Made by a program: the position numbers and the translations under genes
The notes under the pieces: model-generated
Databases searched by the model: none
Seen by the model: only the letters and a program-made list of their open reading frames with translations
Told to the model about the DNA's origin: nothing
Assembly: GCA_973895155.1 (NCBI GenBank)
Contig: OZ316891.1
Location: forward strand, 4,621,708-4,685,707
Source of the DNA: Marsupella aquatica
Lineage: Eukaryota; Plantae; Marchantiophyta
Length of the DNA: 64,000 nucleotides
Direction: 5' to 3'
Shown: positions 51,489-64,000 of the stretch, piece by piece
Position numbering within the stretch: position 1 is the stretch's first letter
Layout: each line of letters starts with the position of its first letter

Positions 51489-53002
51489 AAATGCCTTTGC
51501 AAACTCGGGAATGCAACGAGACCTCAATTGCTTCCCCGCCATGATTGCAAGCAATGTTCTGTTTCTTCCCTTATCGAGCGAACAACCTTTCTTGTGTTCT
51601 AGGAGAGGCGGGGGTTCCAGTATTAATTTGTTTGCAAGCGAGAACAAAAAGATTTCCTACACAAAATTCATGCTCCAAATGTTCCAATACACAATTAGGT
51701 TCGGGAAGCAGGCACTTACGTTCGGCCCGCAAACTTGGGTTAACTCACAATGACTCGACTATATTTAGGGCCAATCCAGGACAACTCGACCACGGTTAGC
51801 ACACTTTACAGATATCTCTAGTACTTACATAAGTTTCTTGTTACATTCACAAGAGTCTTGAGAGTATCACAATGATGTGCATCATAGTTGAGAACCCATG
51901 GTGCATAGGTTTTACAAGCCTACATAGGTTTTGGACAAACTGTTATTGAGGGAGGTTTGGGTGTTCCTTTGTGGCAATTTTAAACTGGGAAGTAAATGAA
52001 TAGAAGGGGAAGGCAAAAGTTTCCAAAAAAATAATTCAAACAAAGTGTCCATAGGGCAAATCAAAACCAGAACCAAACAATAAGAATCATTAGTAGATTG
52101 GGATTTAATCATTCCCAAGATAGTCGTGAGGGCTTTCAATGATTCGAACAATTGATCCTTCCCTCCTCCCGGTTGTCTATCTCTCCATAGGGATCAATAT
52201 CAGGTGAACCACAACAACAGAGGGTGCCATGGTGGTAGAGCATATGTGATCAGCTAGCATGTTTGGTTGTGAAGCTCACTCTTGGTAGCCTAGCACCTGG
52301 TGAGGTTAACTGCAGCGTAGCTTAACCACAATTTAGGGCTACTGGTAGAGGTCAGACTAGTGGAGATCAAGGGCCTATACCTTGGGAAACCATTTCATTG
52401 TTGTCACACGATCTTTGCATGTAGATCACCATTTTCAGGCCATCGTAGGTGCCACCACTGAAAACCTCCTTGACAAAATGAAGGGGAACGAGTGATGGGG
52501 CAAGCATTGCAGTGAGTACTAGTGACAGGGCAGTGTCCAAAAAAATGGACGGTCATCGCACTACTGACACATAACTTTAGGACGTCTGAGCCTTACGGAG
52601 CACCTTTCTAGGTACCCTGTAAGAAATTACATCCGGGCCATAGAAACAATTTATATCCTGAGCCTTAACTGAATTATGAGTGTGCTTTGACACACTCTAT
52701 TGACATTACATTGTCCACTTCTACAAAAGTATGTCCTTCTGTAATGTAAAATGCATTCAATCAACTCTAGTTATAGCCGCACTGGTGGGGGTGCTCTAAA
52801 GACTGCTTTTGTAGCTACAGTAGAAGTGAAGTAGAAGTGAAATTGCCAGCTATTTTGTTTGCTGGACCACCTAATTGCACCACACGCTACTGTAGCAAGT
52901 TGAGATTTAATAATCATCGGGTGGCCCCCGATCCTCCAGCCTTACCCTCGAGAGTCCGTTCGTCCCAGCGTCGGCGGCAAGAAAGGCCGACTACCGTAGC
53001 TA

Positions 53003-53128
53003 TTCGGCTCGGACCCTTTGGCTCGGGCGCCTTGGTTCGAGCCCATTGGTTCGGGCGCCTTGGTTCGAGAGTTTTGGTTCGGGCACTTTGGTTCGAGCGC
53101 TTTGGTTCGGGCGCGCTGGTTCGGGCTG
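53003..53128. repeat. 14-bp tandem array x9 (consensus TTTGGTTCG(G/A)GCGC) ~410 bp upstream of the clathrin ATG
   Basis: Units start at 53003, 53017, 53031, 53045, 53059, 53073, 53087, 53101 and 53115. Confidence 0.9.
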
Positions 53129-53535
53129 AAAAGACTGGCTCACCATTAGTGGAACAGGGAAGGCTTTTTGCGTCCGTGGCTTTGCATCCTCTTCTCTTCT
53201 CTCTTGGAAGGAAGGACCTCGTCGGAGGAGGGGAGAGGAGAGGAGAGGAGAGGCGAGGCGAGGCGAGGCGAGGCGAGAGTTTTCTTTGTTGCTATTCCGA
53301 TCGATCGCTCCGTCGGTCGATCGATCGATCGAGGTGGAAGTGGAACAGATCGGGCGGGGAGGGCGGAGTCGATGGATGCAGAGTAGACGCGCACGAGACA
53401 GGGAGAGATCAAAACATTGGTTGATTGATCGATACGTAGTGCGGAAGGAGGAGGAGGAGGACGACGACGACGAACAGATTGTGAGGGTGGAGAGAGGAAG
53501 AAGGCTTCGTGCCGGGGATCAGCTGCTTGGCAATC

Positions 53536-56500
53536 ATGGCAGCTGCAAGCGCTCCCATCACGATGAAAGAGGCTCTCACGGTGAGTTACAGAGGCTGGAT
53601 CCAATGTTCTTGAGTGTGTTACGGATAGGTGTTGCTGATCCCGAGGTGGAGTCGGGAGGTGAGACGTTTTGGTGTGTTGCTGAGGGGGGAGCGAATCGGT
53701 TGAGGGTTTCGTTGCAGGGGAAGGGAGATCGGGGAGAATGCTGACGAGGTTGTGGTGTTTTGTTGTGTGTTTTGTGCCTGTGGATGCAGTTGACGAGCCT
53801 CGGGATCAATCAGAACAATATCACATTCACTCATGTGACGATGGAGTCGGACAAGTACATTTGCGTGCGGGAAACGTCACCTCAGAACAGCGTGGTAATT
53901 GTAGATATTTCAATGCCGCTGCAGCCATTGCGACGGCCTATTACTGCGGATTCCGCTCTTATGAATCCTGTCAGCAAAGTTCTTGCCCTAAAAGGTGAGA
54001 GTCCTTCGTCGAGTAGGGTGTACTCCCTGCTCGTTTCTCGTTCCTCGTAATCTGTCTGTTGGTTTGCCCGCGACAAAAGATGCCGTGATAGAAAATGTTC
54101 TGGATCTGTAGAGACGGTTGAGTTTCTGTTGAAAATGAGATGTGGTGACAGGATGGTTTTACGGGGGCGGATGGTCTTAACGACCACATTTCGTTGCTGA
54201 TCTACTCGTTTAGGGCTTATTGACAGTTTGGTTTGTTACTCTGGTGGTTTTGTTGTAGCTTCGAGCCCGGGAACCACGCAAGATCATTTGCAAATTTTCA
54301 ATATTGAGCTCAAGTCAAAGATCAAGTCGTACCAAATGCCAGAGCAGGTTTGAGCTGCATTCGAACTAGATCTGGATCCGTTGTCATTGGCTATTAGATT
54401 GACGAGTGGAACGCGTGGAAGGGAAGGAGTTGTAACGAAGTAGTACAGATCTAATGAACCAAATCAGGTTGAAGCTCATAGTAAAGTGCAGGCTACATCC
54501 GCTTTTCGGTTTGTCGCCCAGTTGTTCACATGCTTGCTCCATGCAATGCGCATGTTCCAGCTAGGAGCTATGTTTTCAGTGCTGGGAAGTCATTCTGTGG
54601 TGTAATGTATTTCCGCGTGTAGTGTATCGAATAGCACTTAAAAGTTTTGAGGGACTGGAGCTCCCAGATTGTATGTGAAATTGGTTGACGAATACGTGCG
54701 GTACTGTTGGTCCGTAGGTTGTCTTCTGGAAGTGGATCACACCAAAGCTTCTCGGTCTGGTGACGCAAACCGTTGTCTACCATTGGTCCATCGAAGGTAT
54801 TTGAATCACCGATATTCATTCCGAGCAATATCTTCGATTTCCTTATTTGAGGCACATTCAGTGAAAGATTAGCTCGAAGGCGATCACATAGAATTGTTTA
54901 AGTTCCATTGGTTGCTACTTGGTGACCAATCTTCTCAGGGGGCATGCACTTTAGATCTCGACGGTCGAAATTTGACGTGGATCGGAGGATTACTTGATTC
55001 TCTAGCCTTGCGTCTAGGAAACCAGGTGTTTAAGGTAATGTTATGGCAATTATTAAATCTCCGCCTCCTTTTGCCAGGTGAGTCGGAGCCAGTAAAAATG
55101 TTCGACAGGACCGCCAATTTGAATTCCAATCAAATTATCAACTACAGGTGTGATCCCTCTGAGAAGTGGCTCGTATTAATCGGCATCGCACCAGGAGCGC
55201 CGGAGGTAAGCATATGACTTACGTTGCATTCTGCTATTGTGATGCCTTATGTAGAGAGGATTTGCTGTAGAGGAAATTCTCGTTCAAATAGCTGGATTAA
55301 ATATCAAATGAATACCGATCGAGCCGCCTAGCCGCTTATTCAAATTCTTTGTTGTACTTGACCATATTTATACCCCATCAGAAAAGAATGTTGTGGGATT
55401 TGTATTTTTATCGAGGGCTCTTTCAAGTCTAGAGCCATCCGTAGTCTTTTAGTAAACTACAGAATACCTGATACACGAGTTTAGTGAGTCCTGATCCGGA
55501 CAGTGGTTGCCAACTCGAGTTTCTGTTTGTTGCACTAGCAACTTTGGGTCAATGTGAGTCGGTTGGAACTGTTGTTTCGTGCAATGTATCTGGACTTGAG
55601 CTGGCGGAGGCCCGGCTAATTTTGAGAGTTGCTTCGCTCGAGTTGAAAAGTTTTCTGACTAAGTACTTTCAATTTGTCCTGCAGCGTCCGCAACTAGTCA
55701 AAGGGAATATGCAACTGTTTTCTGTTGACCAACAACGAAGTCAAGCTTTAGAAGCTCACGCAGCGTCTTTTGCCACATTCAAGGTATAATCTGCTGAAAG
55801 TACAGGTCCCTCGTTGGCTGACCCGTAAATTCTTCGCAGTTATTTAAAGGTGCTTCAGCTCGCACATCATCTTACGGTACGTTCCTTGACAGGTTTCAGG
55901 CAACGATACTCCTTCTATTCTTATATCTTTTGCAACCAAAACTGTGGTCAACGGTCAACTGACATCCAAGCTGCATGTTATCGAGCTTGGTGCCCTTCCA
56001 GGTTCGTCAAGTTGTAGCAATTACACGCTGAATCGTTTGCGAAATGCGTTTTTATCACATCGGTATAGATGGACTCGTCAAACAACTCTGCGAAACCTTT
56101 GCCCGAAGTCATATTGAGGGGCTTTTTCGGATGTATCAGATTAGACAGAATTTCGCTCCTTAGATCGTTTTTGCGGTTATTAACCTTCCATTATACGCGT
56201 CCTGTTACCAAGATTTGAGAATGTTGGAATGACTTGAATTTCTTAGGCAAAGCTGCATTTGCAAAGAAGCAAGCGGATCTCTTTTTCCCTCCGGACTTTG
56301 CAGACGATTTCCCAGTTGCGATGCAGGTGGGAGCTTTCACCAGATTTCGAGAAGTTTCTCTTCATATTCTTTTAGGATTGGAATGGGCATAGAGATGGTT
56401 GAGCAGTTATCAAGTATATGTTGTGATCTTTTGTCATTGGATGTCCTTGGATGCGTGTGTTCTTCTATTTCCCTTGACTTGTGTGGCATCATATCGGTTG

Positions 56501-59500
56501 TCCTACAGATTTCGCAGAAGTATGGGCTGATCTACGTCATCACAAAGTTGGGGCTTCTTTTTGTCTATGATTTGGAAACTGCGACAGCAGTTTACAGGAA
56601 TAGAATCAGCCCAGATCCAATCTTCTTGACCGCAGATGCCCCCTCCGTCGGAGGATTTTACGCAGTGAATCGCCGTGGACAAGTACTACTTGCCACAGTA
56701 AATGAGGCGACGATTGTTCCTTTTGTCAGCGTCCAGGTTAGTTTCGTATTTGAACCCTGTCTGATTATTATATTTGAGATAGTTGTAGTGAGTTTGTTGC
56801 TGAAGACGCTTCATCTTCTTAGTAATCAATCTGTTGGCTTTTTCTTCTACAGCTGAGTAACCTGGAGCTGGCTGTAAATCTTGCCAAGCGTGGAAATCTT
56901 CCCGGAGCTGAAAATTTGGTACGAGACCTGTCATATTAGTCGGTCATACGAGACCTGTTCATATGAACTGTCACACAGAACTTCGATTGTCATAGGGCAC
57001 TCAAATATAACATTACTATCTTCGACACCATGTAGTCGTTTATGGGATTGAATTGTGTTCTTTCACCTGCCTAACTTATATAAATTCCTGAGATATATGC
57101 TTTTTGTGCTGGAGCCCATCGAGCTTTCACAAAGGTCTGAAGTGTGGTCGGGTGGGAATGAGAGTGGTTGACCACCTGTTTTTCCTCGGGGCAGGTTGTA
57201 CAACGATTCCAGGAGCTATTTTCTCAAATGAAGTACAAGGAAGCTGCTGAGCTTGCTGCCGAATCACCTCAAGGCATTCTTCGAACGCCGGACACTGTTG
57301 CCAAGTTTCAGGTGTGAAACGAGTGATTTGGTTTAAATAAGCTCTCTTGCTGGTGAACTGCATCTGTCGCAAGTGACTGGTGTCTAATTGGCCTGCGCTC
57401 AATCTGTTGCATAGTGTTTAGCCTATCTGATTTTATGGTGTTGGTATTGTGCAGAGTGTTCCAGTACAGCCCGGGCAGACTTCTCCTCTGTTACAATACT
57501 TTGGGACCTTGTTAACCAAAGGCAAGCTCAACGTCTTTGAATCACTTGAGCTATCCCGTTTGGTGGTAAACCAGAACAAGAAGAACTTGTTGGAGAACTG
57601 GTTAGCTGAAGACAAGCTGGAATGTAGTAAAGAACTTGGAGATTTGGTCAAGGTGAGCTGCAATTGCTTTGAATTGCTGTTTTATGTGATTGCCTTAATT
57701 CGGATAGCAGTTTGCTCACAAGTTTATCCTGTTTGCACACTTGCAGACTGTAGACAGTGACATGGCCCTCAAGATCTACATTAAAGCAAGGGCGACCCCC
57801 GAGGTCATAACTGCCTTTGCCGAGAGGAAGGAGTTTGACAAGATTCTTATTTATTCGAAGCAGGTGACCCCAAGTCCTCGTCTTCAACATGTCTTGAATT
57901 TGCTTGTAAACTTGGTTTTCTGCGCATGGCAAGAGGGCCTGCTAATTTACCTCAATACATTCTGCTATAGTCAGAATTTCCAAGCGCAGTGTTTGACATG
58001 GTTAAAAGAAGTCATATTCTTATAGAATCTGTTTGTGGACAGGTTGGGTACACTCCTGACTATCTCTTCCTTCTTCAAACAATCCTACGGTCAGATCCTA
58101 CGGTAAGTCCTTGCCTTTGATTATTTCATGCTGACTAGTAAACCAAGATTATACGCATCCATAATCGACGTTCATGGCAGTAATTTGTGTAGTTGGAAGA
58201 ATCTACCCCGTTGCTTCGTATCCTTGACTGCAACGTACATGTTTAATTAATTGGCAGGCTGCTGTCAACTTTGCACTGATGATGTCACAAATGGAAGGTG
58301 GTTCGCCAGTTGACTATAATGTCATCACGGATCTTTTTCTTCAGGTATATTCAATTTGTGACTAATATGAAATGACAGTTCTAAACTGTAGCTGATTGAC
58401 ATATGTTAAGTAAACTCATTGATTGCATTGAGCTATAGCTGTGGGAGATGGTAACTCTGTTGCATCATGTTCTTCGGCGTTTCAAGAACAAATTCTAACG
58501 AGATTCGCTCTTGAAGCAATTTATCAACTTGATTCATGCAGGGAGTGCTGTTATTAGCAGAGGCGTGCTCTAAGATTGAAGATTGAAAGATTTTGTGACT
58601 GAACAACTTGGTTTTCTTGTGTAGCGCAATATGATTCGTGAGGCGACCTCTTTCCTGTTGGACGTTTTGAAACCAAATTTACCAGAGCATGGATTACTTC
58701 AGACTAAGGTGAGACTCAGGTACAAATGATTGCGTCGTGTTTGACTGGGAAATGGTAACCTCGAATGAGCATTAACACTTTGTTGCACCTTGTCCCTATA
58801 GGTATTGGAGATCAATCTAGTCACGTTTCCTAATGTGGCAGACGCAATTTTGGCGAATGGCATGTTCAGCCACTATGATCGTCCTCGCATTGCTCAGCTG
58901 TGTGAAAAGGCTGGGCTCTACATGCGTGCGTTACAGGTCTGTGTTTTCTCTTCCACTGACTTTTGATAGATTAGGTAGACATCCCCACTATTTTTAGTAT
59001 TTTCTGCGTTCCAGCTGGTGTTCCGAGCAGACAATTATGAGGTGGAATGGACTTCGACCTTTTTCAGCCTGTGGATAGTGATTGCCGCCTTTAATTCTTC
59101 GTTTCATTGTGCAGCATTATGCAGACCTAGTTGATATCAAGCGTGTGGTCATCAACACACATGCCATTGAACCTCAGGTACTACAACATTCTCTCATTTT
59201 GTTGACTTACGATGCAGTTTGAGATTATCTTTGTCTCGTCTCTTATTCATGGGCATTGATTTTTCTTGCTGTTACAGGCTTTGGTTGAGTTTTTCGGAAC
59301 TCTTTCGACAGACTGGGCTCTTGACTGCATGAAGGAGCTACTTGTCGTTAACATGCGCGGCAATCTGCAAATTATAGTGCAGGTGCACACTTTGTCTGCC
59401 TTTTTCTCATCTGGTTGCTCAACCAGGACTATGAAAGTAAATTTGTATTGTTACGAACATCTCTCTATCCATTGACACCATTCGATGATGCAGGTAGCCA

Positions 59501-62500
59501 AAGAGTATTCAGAGCAGCTGGGAGTTGACCAATGCGTCAAACTTTTTGAGCAGTTCAGGTCATACGAAGGGCTCTATTTCTTCCTTGGGTCTTACTTGAG
59601 TCTAAGGTGAGTCGCCGAATTTCGCCGTGGTTTTGTGACTATTATACGGTGTGCAGATGTGTAATTTTGATCGATCATATTCATGTTCTATCATTGATCA
59701 AGTGATAGTGAAGTCAGTAGGATCAGGCTGGAGCCGTAGGAGGGACTGTCCTGAAAATAAAATTTAGAAGAGTTTGCTGCACCGGTTACAGAATACGCAT
59801 CATCGAGGCTTGCGTTGAGTCTTTCTGCCTTCATATTGTTAAGTTCGAGTCTCCAATCGTTACTTTTGGTGCCTTGCAGTGAGGACCCTGAGATACACTT
59901 CAAGTACATCGAAGCAGCCGCCAAGACGGGGCAAATCAAGGAAGTCGAGCGCGTAACCAGAGAGTCTAACTTTTATGACCCGGAGAGGACGAAGAACTTT
60001 TTGATGGAGGCTAGGCTTCCAGATGCACGGCCATTGATCAACGTTTGCGATCGTCATGGTTTTGTTCCCGATCTTACTCACTATCTGTACTCAAACAACA
60101 TGCTTCGGTACATAGAAGGCTATGTCCAGAAGGTGAGAGCATGCGATTTTGTCGATGTCAGCTTGTTATGAGTCTCAGAACTAATATCTATAGACTTCTT
60201 TGACAGGGATTCTAACTACAGAGGGTTTCTGTTTACTGCAGGTGAACCCTAGCAATGCTCCCCTTGTTGTGGGTCAGCTTCTGGATGACGACTGCCCAGA
60301 AGATTTTATCAAGGGACTGATTTTGTCTGTTCGTTCCCTACTTCCAGTCGAGCCTTTGGTCGATGAGTGTGAGAAGAGGTACTGTAGAAGTTATCTTAGT
60401 TTCTGTTCTCTTCCCGTGTAACCATTTGTTACTCTTGGTCAGCTGAGCCTTTCCGTCAGGGGTGTTCCAATTATATCTTCTCATGGGATCTCTACTTTGT
60501 CGCTATTTATATTTCACTAAACTTATGTGTGACCATTCCAGAAATCGGTTGCGGCTGCTGACTCAATTCCTGGAGCATTTGGTGAGCGAAGGAAGCCAAG
60601 ATGTGCATGTGCACAATGCTCTTGGAAAGATCATTATTGACACCAATCACAACCCAGAGCACTTCCTGACAACGAATCCATACTATGATTCACGTGTGGT
60701 TGGAAAATACTGTGAGAAGAGAGATCCAACTTTGGCAGTTGTTGCCTACAGAAGAGGTCTTTGTGATGAAGAGCTTGTCAATGTTACGAACAAGAATTCC
60801 CTCTTCAAGCTGCAGGCCAGGTATGGAATTCTAAATTCCGGATTTGAATTGTTCGAAGAAAGTTTCATTCTCTTAACAATTTGCCATCTACAGTGCATTT
60901 TGAGAACGTAAAGTACGCTGAACACATGGTTGGGAATTTGGAAGTTCTGGGAGGACTTACCTTGTTCAATTTTCAGGTACGTGGTCGAGCGCATGGAGCC
61001 TGATCTATGGGCGAAGGTTCTTGACCCAGAAAACACCTACAGGAGACAGCTCATTGATCAAGTGGTTTCAACAGCTCTACCAGAGAGCAAGAACCCGGAA
61101 CAAGTGTCAGCAACTGTGAAGGCATTCATGACAGCTGATTTGCCTCATGAATTGATTGAGCTGCTCGAGAAGATTGTCTTGCAAAACTCCGCTTTCAGTG
61201 GCAATCCCAATTTGCAAAATCTTCTCATTCTTACCGCTATTAAGGCAGACAAGTCCAGAGTCATGGACTACGTCAATCGTCTCGATAACTTTGATGGTCC
61301 AGCCGTTGGAGCAATTGCTGTTGACGCAGAGCTCTATGAGGAGGCATTTGCAATCTTCAAAAAGTTTAGCCTGAATGTCCAAGCTGTGAATGTACTCTTG
61401 GACAATATTCACAATATTGTTCGTGCTGTTGAATTTGCCAACCGTGTTGAAGAGGATGAAGTATGGAGTCAAGTTGGTAAAGCTCAACTTAAGGAAGGGT
61501 TGGTCAGTGATGCCATTGAGTCGTTCATTCGCGCCAATGATGCAACACAGTTCAATGACGTTATCAGGGCAGCAGACCAGGTCGATGCCTATGAGGATCT
61601 TGTGAAGTATCTGTTGATGGTCCGCAAGAAGGTGAAGGAGCCTAAGGTTGACTCAGAGCTTATATATGCGTGGGCCAGGATTGATAACCTCAGCGCAATT
61701 GAAGAGTTCCTGGTACAGCCCAATGTTGCAAACCTGCAGGTCGCCGGAGACCGTTTGTTTGATGAGGCTCTATATGAAGCTGCTAAGATCATTTTCACCC
61801 ACATCTCCAACTGGGCACGTCTGGCGAGCACTCTTATCAAGCTCGGACAGTACCAAGGCGCTGTGGATGCTGCCCGGAAAGCAAATAGCTCCAGAACATG
61901 GAAGGAAGTTTGCTTTGCTTGTGTGGATGCCGAAGAATTTAGATTGGCTCAAATATGTGGTCTTAACATTATTATCCAGGTACGTGGCTGGTTTTCTAGG
62001 ATTTTTCAGTCCTACTGAAGTTGAAGATATTTTAACGACTCGGAAGATTAAAGCTGAAGGGACTTACTGACTATATAGTACTAAACGTCGTATTCCGATG
62101 GCTTCGACTATGGAAACATTGATGTGAAGAAAGAGAAACTGCTTTAATGCTGTGAGTGTTTGTCTTCTTATCCGTCAGGATGGCCGTGTTCTAACTTGTG
62201 TCATGGTGGATATCTCAGGTTGATGATCTCGAAGAAGTGAGCGATTATTATCAGAACAGAGGTCACTTTGATGAACTCATCACACTCATGGAGACTGGTT
62301 TGGGTCTGGAGCGCGCACACATGGGGATTTTCACAGAGCTCGGAACCCTGTATGCGAGATACCGGTCGGAGAAGCTTATGGAACACATCAAATTGTTCTC
62401 CACTCGCATCAATATTCCCAAGCTTATTCGCGTATGTGATGAACAGCAGCACTGGAAGGAGCTCACTTACCTATACATTCAGTACGATGAGTATGACAAT

Positions 62501-64000
62501 GCTGCAGCCACTATCATGAATCACTCTCCGGAGGCTTGGGATCATATGCAGTTCAAGGATGTGTCTGTGAAAGTTGCAAATGTGGAGCTGTACTACAAGG
62601 CTGCTCACTTCTATTTGCAAGAGCATCCAGAGCTCCTCAATGATCTCCTCAATGTGATGGCTCCAAGGGTTGACCATACACGAGTGGTTGACATCATGCG
62701 AAAGGTGAGTACTTCTATGGGGTTTTGACCTTTGACCTCCCGAACGTTACTTCTGTTCCAAAGCATAGTTTGCCCTACAGTTATTTATGACTATCGATGG
62801 GTTACTTCTTACATGGTCTGTTATTATTTGCGTCACTGATATTTCTGAGAAAGGGCAGTTTGTACAAGTCGGGAATGTTGAGCACCTTGTATACATGTAT
62901 TGATGTGATCTCTTGGATTTGCTTGCATCAGGCTGGTCATCTTCCACTTGTCAAACCTTACATGGTTGGAGTCCAGAGTAATAATGTCACAGCTGTTAAC
63001 GAAGCTCTCAATGAGCTCTATGTGGAGGAGGAGGACTATGAACGATTGCACGACTCAATTGATATGTATGACAGCTTTGATCAAATCGGGTTGGCACAGC
63101 GGGTGAGTTTCAAGACTTGATAGCAAAAGAATTTTCTTATATTACCTGTCTGGTATATCCTTCTCACTGATATACATACTGCCTTCTACAGATCGAGAAA
63201 CACGAGCTTTTGGAAATGCGCCGTATTGCAGCCTACATCTACAAGAAAGCTGGGAGGTGGAAACAATCTGTTGCTCTCTCTAAGAAGGACAATCTTTACA
63301 AGGATGCAATGGAAACTACTTCACAGTCTGGTGATAGAGACCTTGCCGAAGAGCTTCTTAACTACTTTGTCGACCAGGTACGCCAGACGCGTACATTCTG
63401 GAGTTGATGTTGTGTCTTGGGTCACTGCTGTCAGCTGACAGATGGTTGATTTTTCCTTGCAGATTGAAAGAAAGGTAAAGGGAATGCGATTGATGAATGT
63501 GTGACTTGGGTGTGTATCCTGTGCAGGGAAAGAAGGAGTGCTTCGCGTCTTGCCTGTATACATGTTACGATCTCATCCGTCCGGATGTTGCGTTGGAGCT
63601 AGCATGGTTCAACGGCATCTTAGACTTTGCCGTCCCCTACGTTATGCAGGTAAATTGTGATCTCGCAGTTTGTACCAAAGCATTAAAATCGTAACTTTTC
63701 TTTTGAAGGACTAACCGTGTGTGTTGATCCTTGTAGTTCCTGCGTGAGTACACTGGCAAAGTGGATGAGCTGGTTAAGGACAGGGAGTTAGCTCAACAAG
63801 AAGTCAAAGAGAAGGAGAAGGACGAGAAGGATGTCATCGCTCAAACGGTACGATGTCTAAGCGGAATGGGGACATTCATGATCATGATCTTTATTTAAAA
63901 TTTCAATCTAATTGAAGATACCCTTTCTGACCAACGAGCCTTCTGTTATTGCAGAATATGTATGCCCAATTGTTGCCGTTGGCCTTACCTGCTCCTCCAA
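53536..64000 (+). CDS. CHC: Clathrin heavy chain, ~30 exons, runs off the window near its C-terminus
   Basis: [15 protein letters not shown]|[28 protein letters not shown]; LLQYFGTLL; large exon 60977-61979 ([24 protein letters not shown]..); [12 protein letters not shown]; ends [15 protein letters not shown]; GT-AG introns throughout, no disabling lesion seen. Confidence 0.99.

Larger units (their letters stand above)
37651..51819. mobile_element. PIF/Harbinger-superfamily (ISL2-like transposase) DNA transposon, ~7.75 kb without the nested copia
   Basis: 18-bp TIRs AGAGATATCTGTAATGTG (37651-37668) and reverse complement AGAGATATCTGTAAAGTG (51802-51819), 17/18 match. Flanked by AGT on both sides (37648-50, 51820-22). 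Subterminal TGGTYGAGTT motifs at both ends. Contains convergent transposase and ORF1. Confidence 0.8.

Noticed and set aside
52837-53834. Overlapping 150-195 aa ORFs upstream of and across CHC exon 1
   Set aside because: Products of GC-rich promoter repeats and 5' UTR low-complexity sequence; the true frame starts at ATG 53536
61107-62677. Antisense and alternate-frame ORFs inside CHC exons
   Set aside because: Shadow ORFs of the large coding exons

Overview
Eukaryotic, intron-rich land-plant DNA, probably from a non-seed plant (lineage not determinable). The right end holds a ~30-exon clathrin heavy chain gene (53536 to window end, +). The rest is a transposon- and repeat-rich accessory region. 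It contains: a non-autonomous Helitron (5306-6461); an intact-looking 8-exon orphan gene of ~801 aa with an N-terminal SAM-like domain and a possible En/Spm TnpA-like module (8242-12776); a decayed multi-AP2-domain gene with 21- and 31-nt microexons (~19.25-21.45 kb, -); a decayed Pong/PIF element (~24.8-28.1 kb); a long-TIR non-autonomous element (~29.7-31.1 kb); and a homoserine kinase pseudogene (~32.75-35.9 kb, -). A 14.2-kb TIR-bounded Harbinger/ISL2-like element (37651-51819) has an intact DDE transposase and carries a very young Ty1/copia insertion (38431-44847; LTRs appear identical; GGAGA TSD). Most notable: the copia gag and pol are in one frame, separated by a single UGA at the gag/protease boundary and followed immediately by two predicted stem-loops, a candidate programmed stop-codon readthrough signal. 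All calls are by eye; no database searches or folding programs were run.
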